NCBI GenBank assembly: GCA_043820875.1
Contig: JBDRDI010000028.1
Span: 1-48,333 of the forward strand
DNA: 48,333 nt
Source: a bacterium
GTDB lineage: Bacteria > Patescibacteriota > Patescibacteriia > Patescibacteriales > UBA12075
Reading direction: 5' to 3'
Positions 45,395-48,333 of the stretch are shown piece after piece (the stretch's first letter is position 1; every line of letters begins with the position of its first letter). A program made the position numbers and the translations under genes. The notes under the pieces were generated by a model that saw nothing but the letters and a program-made list of their open reading frames with translations, had not been told where the DNA came from and made no database searches.

Positions 45395-47449
45395 ATGCCA
45401 AGAAATTCGACTGATAAAATTAATAAAAAAACCAAATCCGCTGAATACGGAGCTGATTCAATTACTGTCTTGGAAGGTCTTGATCCTGTTCGAAAACGAC
45501 CGGGCATGTACATTGGCACAACATCTTCAGCCGGACTGCACCACTTGATTTGGGAAGTTGTAGACAACGGCATTGATGAAGCCATGGCAGGCTTTGCCAC
45601 GGAAATTTCCGTCACGCTCATGGATGATGGCATGGTGCAAGTAACTGATAATGGCCGAGGAATTCCGGTTGGCAAACATAAAGCTACCGGCGTATCCGCG
45701 CTGGAAACAGTGCTTACAAAATTGCATGCCGGCGGAAAATTCGGAGGTGATGCAAGCGGATATAAAGTATCCGGGGGATTGCACGGCGTCGGCGTCTCGG
45801 TTGTAAATGCCCTAAGCAGTTATTTAAAAGCGGAAGTTTACAGCAACGACGGAAAAATTTACATGCAAGAATATAAAATGGGCAAGCCCATAAAAAAAGT
45901 GCGCCCAGTCGGTACAACAAAAAAAACCGGCACCAACATCACATTCAAACCGGATGGAACAATATTTCCGGAAACGGAATTCAGCTGGGGAAAAATTCTT
46001 GATCATCTTCGCCAACAAGCCTATCTAAACAAAGGCGTAACAATAAAAATTTTTGATCGCCGCAACGGCCATCGAAATAAAGATTATATTTTTCATTTTG
46101 AAGGCGGTATTAAGTCATACATCAATATATTAAACAGAAATAAATCCATAAAAAATGAAACCATATTTTATATAGATAAAGAAATAAATGATTCACGAGT
46201 GGAAATCGCCTTGCAATACAATGATGAATTTAATGAGATGGTTCTCCCTTTTGCCAATAATATTCTAAATCAAGAAGGTGGAACTCATTTGGCCGGATTC
46301 AGAAGTGCCCTGACCAGAACTTTGAACACTTACGCCCGCAATCAAAAAATAATCAAAGAAAAAGAGGAAAATTTAACCGGTGAAGATATGCGAGAAGGGC
46401 TTGTGTCCATTGTCAGCGTCAAACTGCGCGAACCGCAATTTGAAGGACAAACCAAGGGCAAACTTGGAAACGCGGAAATAAAGACTTATGTTGAACAAGT
46501 TTTTGGTGAAACATTCATGACCTTTTTGGAAGAGCATCCAAAAGACGCTGAAGCCATATTAAGTAAATGTATCTTGTCCAGCCGAGCAAGAATCGCAGCG
46601 CGCACTGCCAGAGCGTCAATTTTGAGAAAGGGAGCCTTGGAAGGAATGACCTTGCCTGGAAAACTCGCGGATTGCTCCAGCCGTGAATCTGAAAAATGCG
46701 AATTATATATCGTTGAGGGAGATTCGGCCGGAGGCTCAGCCAAACAAGGCCGAGATAGAAATTTTCAAGCAATTTTACCTTTGCGCGGAAAAATTTTAAA
46801 TGTGGAAAGAGCGCGCTTGGATAAAATGCTCGCGAATAATGAAATAAAAAATTTGGTGATCGCCCTTGGAACCAATATTGACGACCAGTTTGATGTCACC
46901 AAATTACGATATAATAGAATCATAATTATGACTGATGCTGACGTTGACGGCGCGCATATCCGCACCCTCCTTCTCACTTTGTTTTTCCGCCACTTCAATC
47001 CCCTCGTCACCCAAGGTCACTTATACATTGCCCAACCCCCTCTTTATCAAGTCAAAAAAGGAGCAGTCGCCAAATACGCCTATTCAGATGAGGAAAAAGA
47101 TAAAATTATTAAAGAATTCGGAGGCTTGGCAGGATCAGAGCAGGAAGACTCGGAACAAGAGGAGGAAGAGAATAATGATGAAGAAAACGAATCAAACAAA
47201 GATAAAAAAGAGAAATCCAAATCTTCGGCAAGAATACATATTCAAAGATATAAAGGTCTTGGTGAAATGAATCCACGACAGTTGTGGGAAACAACCATGG
47301 ATCCGGCCAGTCGCATCATGGCACAAGTGACCGTGGAAGACGCGGCAGAAGCTGATAAGATTTTTGATATGCTTATGGGCGGAGATGTTGCGCCTCGCAA
47401 AAAATTCATCCAAACGCACGCGAAAAAGGTTAAGAATTTGGATATTTAA
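45395..47449 (+). CDS. gyrB: DNA gyrase subunit B
   Basis: VRKRPGMYIG, DNGRGIP, GGLHGVG, EGDSAGG, PLRGKILN, DADVDG and QRYKGLGEM motifs. Confidence 0.95.
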   Translation: MPRNSTDKINKKTKSAEYGADSITVLEGLDPVRKRPGMYIGTTSSAGLHHLIWEVVDNGIDEAMAGFATEISVTLMDDGMVQVTDNGRGIPVGKHKATGVSALETVLTKLHAGGKFGGDASGYKVSGGLHGVGVSVVNALSSYLKAEVYSNDGKIYMQEYKMGKPIKKVRPVGTTKKTGTNITFKPDGTIFPETEFSWGKILDHLRQQAYLNKGVTIKIFDRRNGHRNKDYIFHFEGGIKSYINILNRNKSIKNETIFYIDKEINDSRVEIALQYNDEFNEMVLPFANNILNQEGGTHLAGFRSALTRTLNTYARNQKIIKEKEENLTGEDMREGLVSIVSVKLREPQFEGQTKGKLGNAEIKTYVEQVFGETFMTFLEEHPKDAEAILSKCILSSRARIAARTARASILRKGALEGMTLPGKLADCSSRESEKCELYIVEGDSAGGSAKQGRDRNFQAILPLRGKILNVERARLDKMLANNEIKNLVIALGTNIDDQFDVTKLRYNRIIIMTDADVDGAHIRTLLLTLFFRHFNPLVTQGHLYIAQPPLYQVKKGAVAKYAYSDEEKDKIIKEFGGLAGSEQEDSEQEEEENNDEENESNKDKKEKSKSSARIHIQRYKGLGEMNPRQLWETTMDPASRIMAQVTVEDAAEADKIFDMLMGGDVAPRKKFIQTHAKKVKNLDI

Positions 47450-47463
47450 TATTGTTTTACAAT

Positions 47464-47494
47464 AAAAAACCCCGCTGGGAGGCGGGGTTTTTTT
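47464..47494. terminator. Bidirectional intrinsic terminator after gyrB
   Basis: AAAAAACCCCGC-tgggag-GCGGGGTTTTTTT between convergent genes. Confidence 0.88.
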
Positions 47495-47501
47495 GATGGG
47501 G

Positions 47502-47902
47502 TTATTTGTTTTTTAATTTTTTTATTCCCATTCCGATTCCATAGCCGACGGCGAGGAGGCAGAGCATTATTATTAGTGTTCCTAAATATTCTTTGCGTTC
47601 GTAACGATCTGAATCTAAAATCATACACACATATAACAACCAAAATAAAAAAGTTCCAATTAAATAAATTTTCCAAGCTTTTTTTTGTATAAATATCGCA
47701 AAAGAAAATATGGCTAATAAAAATAAATAAAGCCTTCTGTGACAGCTCCTTCGTCACACATTCCAATAAAAATGCTACATCCTCTAGATTCCCAAAACAA
47801 TCTATGTAACATTCCACCAACTGGTGCCAGTATCCATGCCAATAATATTGATCCACAATAAACGCCTGCAATTGTTAAAATGTTTTTTATTTTTTCACTC
47901 AT
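47502..47902 (-). pseudogene. Frameshifted small multi-TM membrane protein gene
   Basis: Frame 1 MSEKIKN...EGFIYFY* continues in another frame as ..YLFLLAIFSFAIFIQKKAWKIYLIGTFLFWLLYVCMILDSDRYERKEYLGTLIIMLCLLAVGYGIGMGIKKLKNK*; the span is 401 nt. Confidence 0.65.
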
Positions 47903-47973
47903 ACATTTTGTACTGCTTTGCAGCCCAATATGTGCCTGAACTTATTCACAACAAAATTATTCCCCCATCTGCG

Positions 47974-48285
47974 CTACCAACCTATTTTAAGATTGTTAAG
48001 CATGTAAAAAATAGATAGGTAGATGTATAGATAAGGCAATATTAGACCGAGCAAAACCAATATTATTTTTCCCCTTTTTGTTTGAAGCTCAATTAATTTA
48101 CATGGAAAGAAAAAGAGAAGGGGGGCAAAAAACAAAATGTAATACATAATATAGAGCGCGAAGTCAGATGAATATTTTTCAATTTTATAAATAGAAAAAT
48201 ACGGTAAAATAATAAATATCACCCAATACAACAAAACAAATAAAATTATTTTGCCGGCTTTATTAAAATTAAATTTTTTTTCCAT
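47974..48285 (-). CDS. Hypothetical 3-TM membrane protein
   Basis: 103 aa ORF with three hydrophobic segments and an ATG start. Confidence 0.65.
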   Translation of the reverse strand: MEKKFNFNKAGKIILFVLLYWVIFIILPYFSIYKIEKYSSDFALYIMYYILFFAPLLFFFPCKLIELQTKRGKIILVLLGLILPYLYIYLSIFYMLNNLKIGW

Positions 48286-48333
48286 AATTTTTTATTTATA
48301 ATTATTTATTAAATTATCTATATTATTTTTTAT

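Noticed and set aside
365-47419. Numerous 60-180 aa ORFs antisense to or nested in recognised genes
   Set aside because: They are fully overlapped by well-supported genes and carry no recognisable motifs.
47446-47871. 141-aa minus-strand ORF
   Set aside because: It runs through the terminator into the gyrB stop and is better explained as an off-frame reading of the frameshifted gene at 47502-47902.

Overview
AT-rich bacterial chromosome segment whose gene content fits Patescibacteria/CPR (Parcubacteria/ABY1-like). This assignment is inferred from a split dcw cluster, a pilB-C-M-N-O cluster without pilQ, a VirD4-like ATPase with its partner gene, a sigma4/HTH hybrid protein and a scarcity of Shine-Dalgarno sites. 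TGA is used as a stop (standard code 11). From left to right the window holds: ftsX, ftsE and an RlpA/DD-carboxypeptidase fusion; tRNA-Thr(CGT); PrsA-like and DivIC-like genes; a P-type ATPase; a four-gene unit (membrane protein, VirD4-like ATPase with a CxxC-x17-CxxC tail, DUF1361-like protein, processive GT2); a sigma4-HTH protein; murB, murC, murG, ftsW and mraY; type IV pilus assembly genes; a surface glycosylation cluster with an S8/FG-GAP protease; mreB; a DUF4012-like protein; a MacAB-like transporter; an atypical receiver domain; lexA; gyrB; and small membrane-protein genes, one of them frameshifted. No transposase, integrase, phage gene, reverse transcriptase or CRISPR array is evident. 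The most unusual signals are (i) recurrent 7-8 nt-period repeat arrays, often in inverted pairs and starting at stop codons, inside housekeeping operons, (ii) a 72-bp near-perfect palindrome, (iii) a small, nonsense-interrupted gene with its own RBS and terminator inside the mur cluster, and (iv) several unusual domain architectures. All family assignments come from motif recognition, not from database searches.
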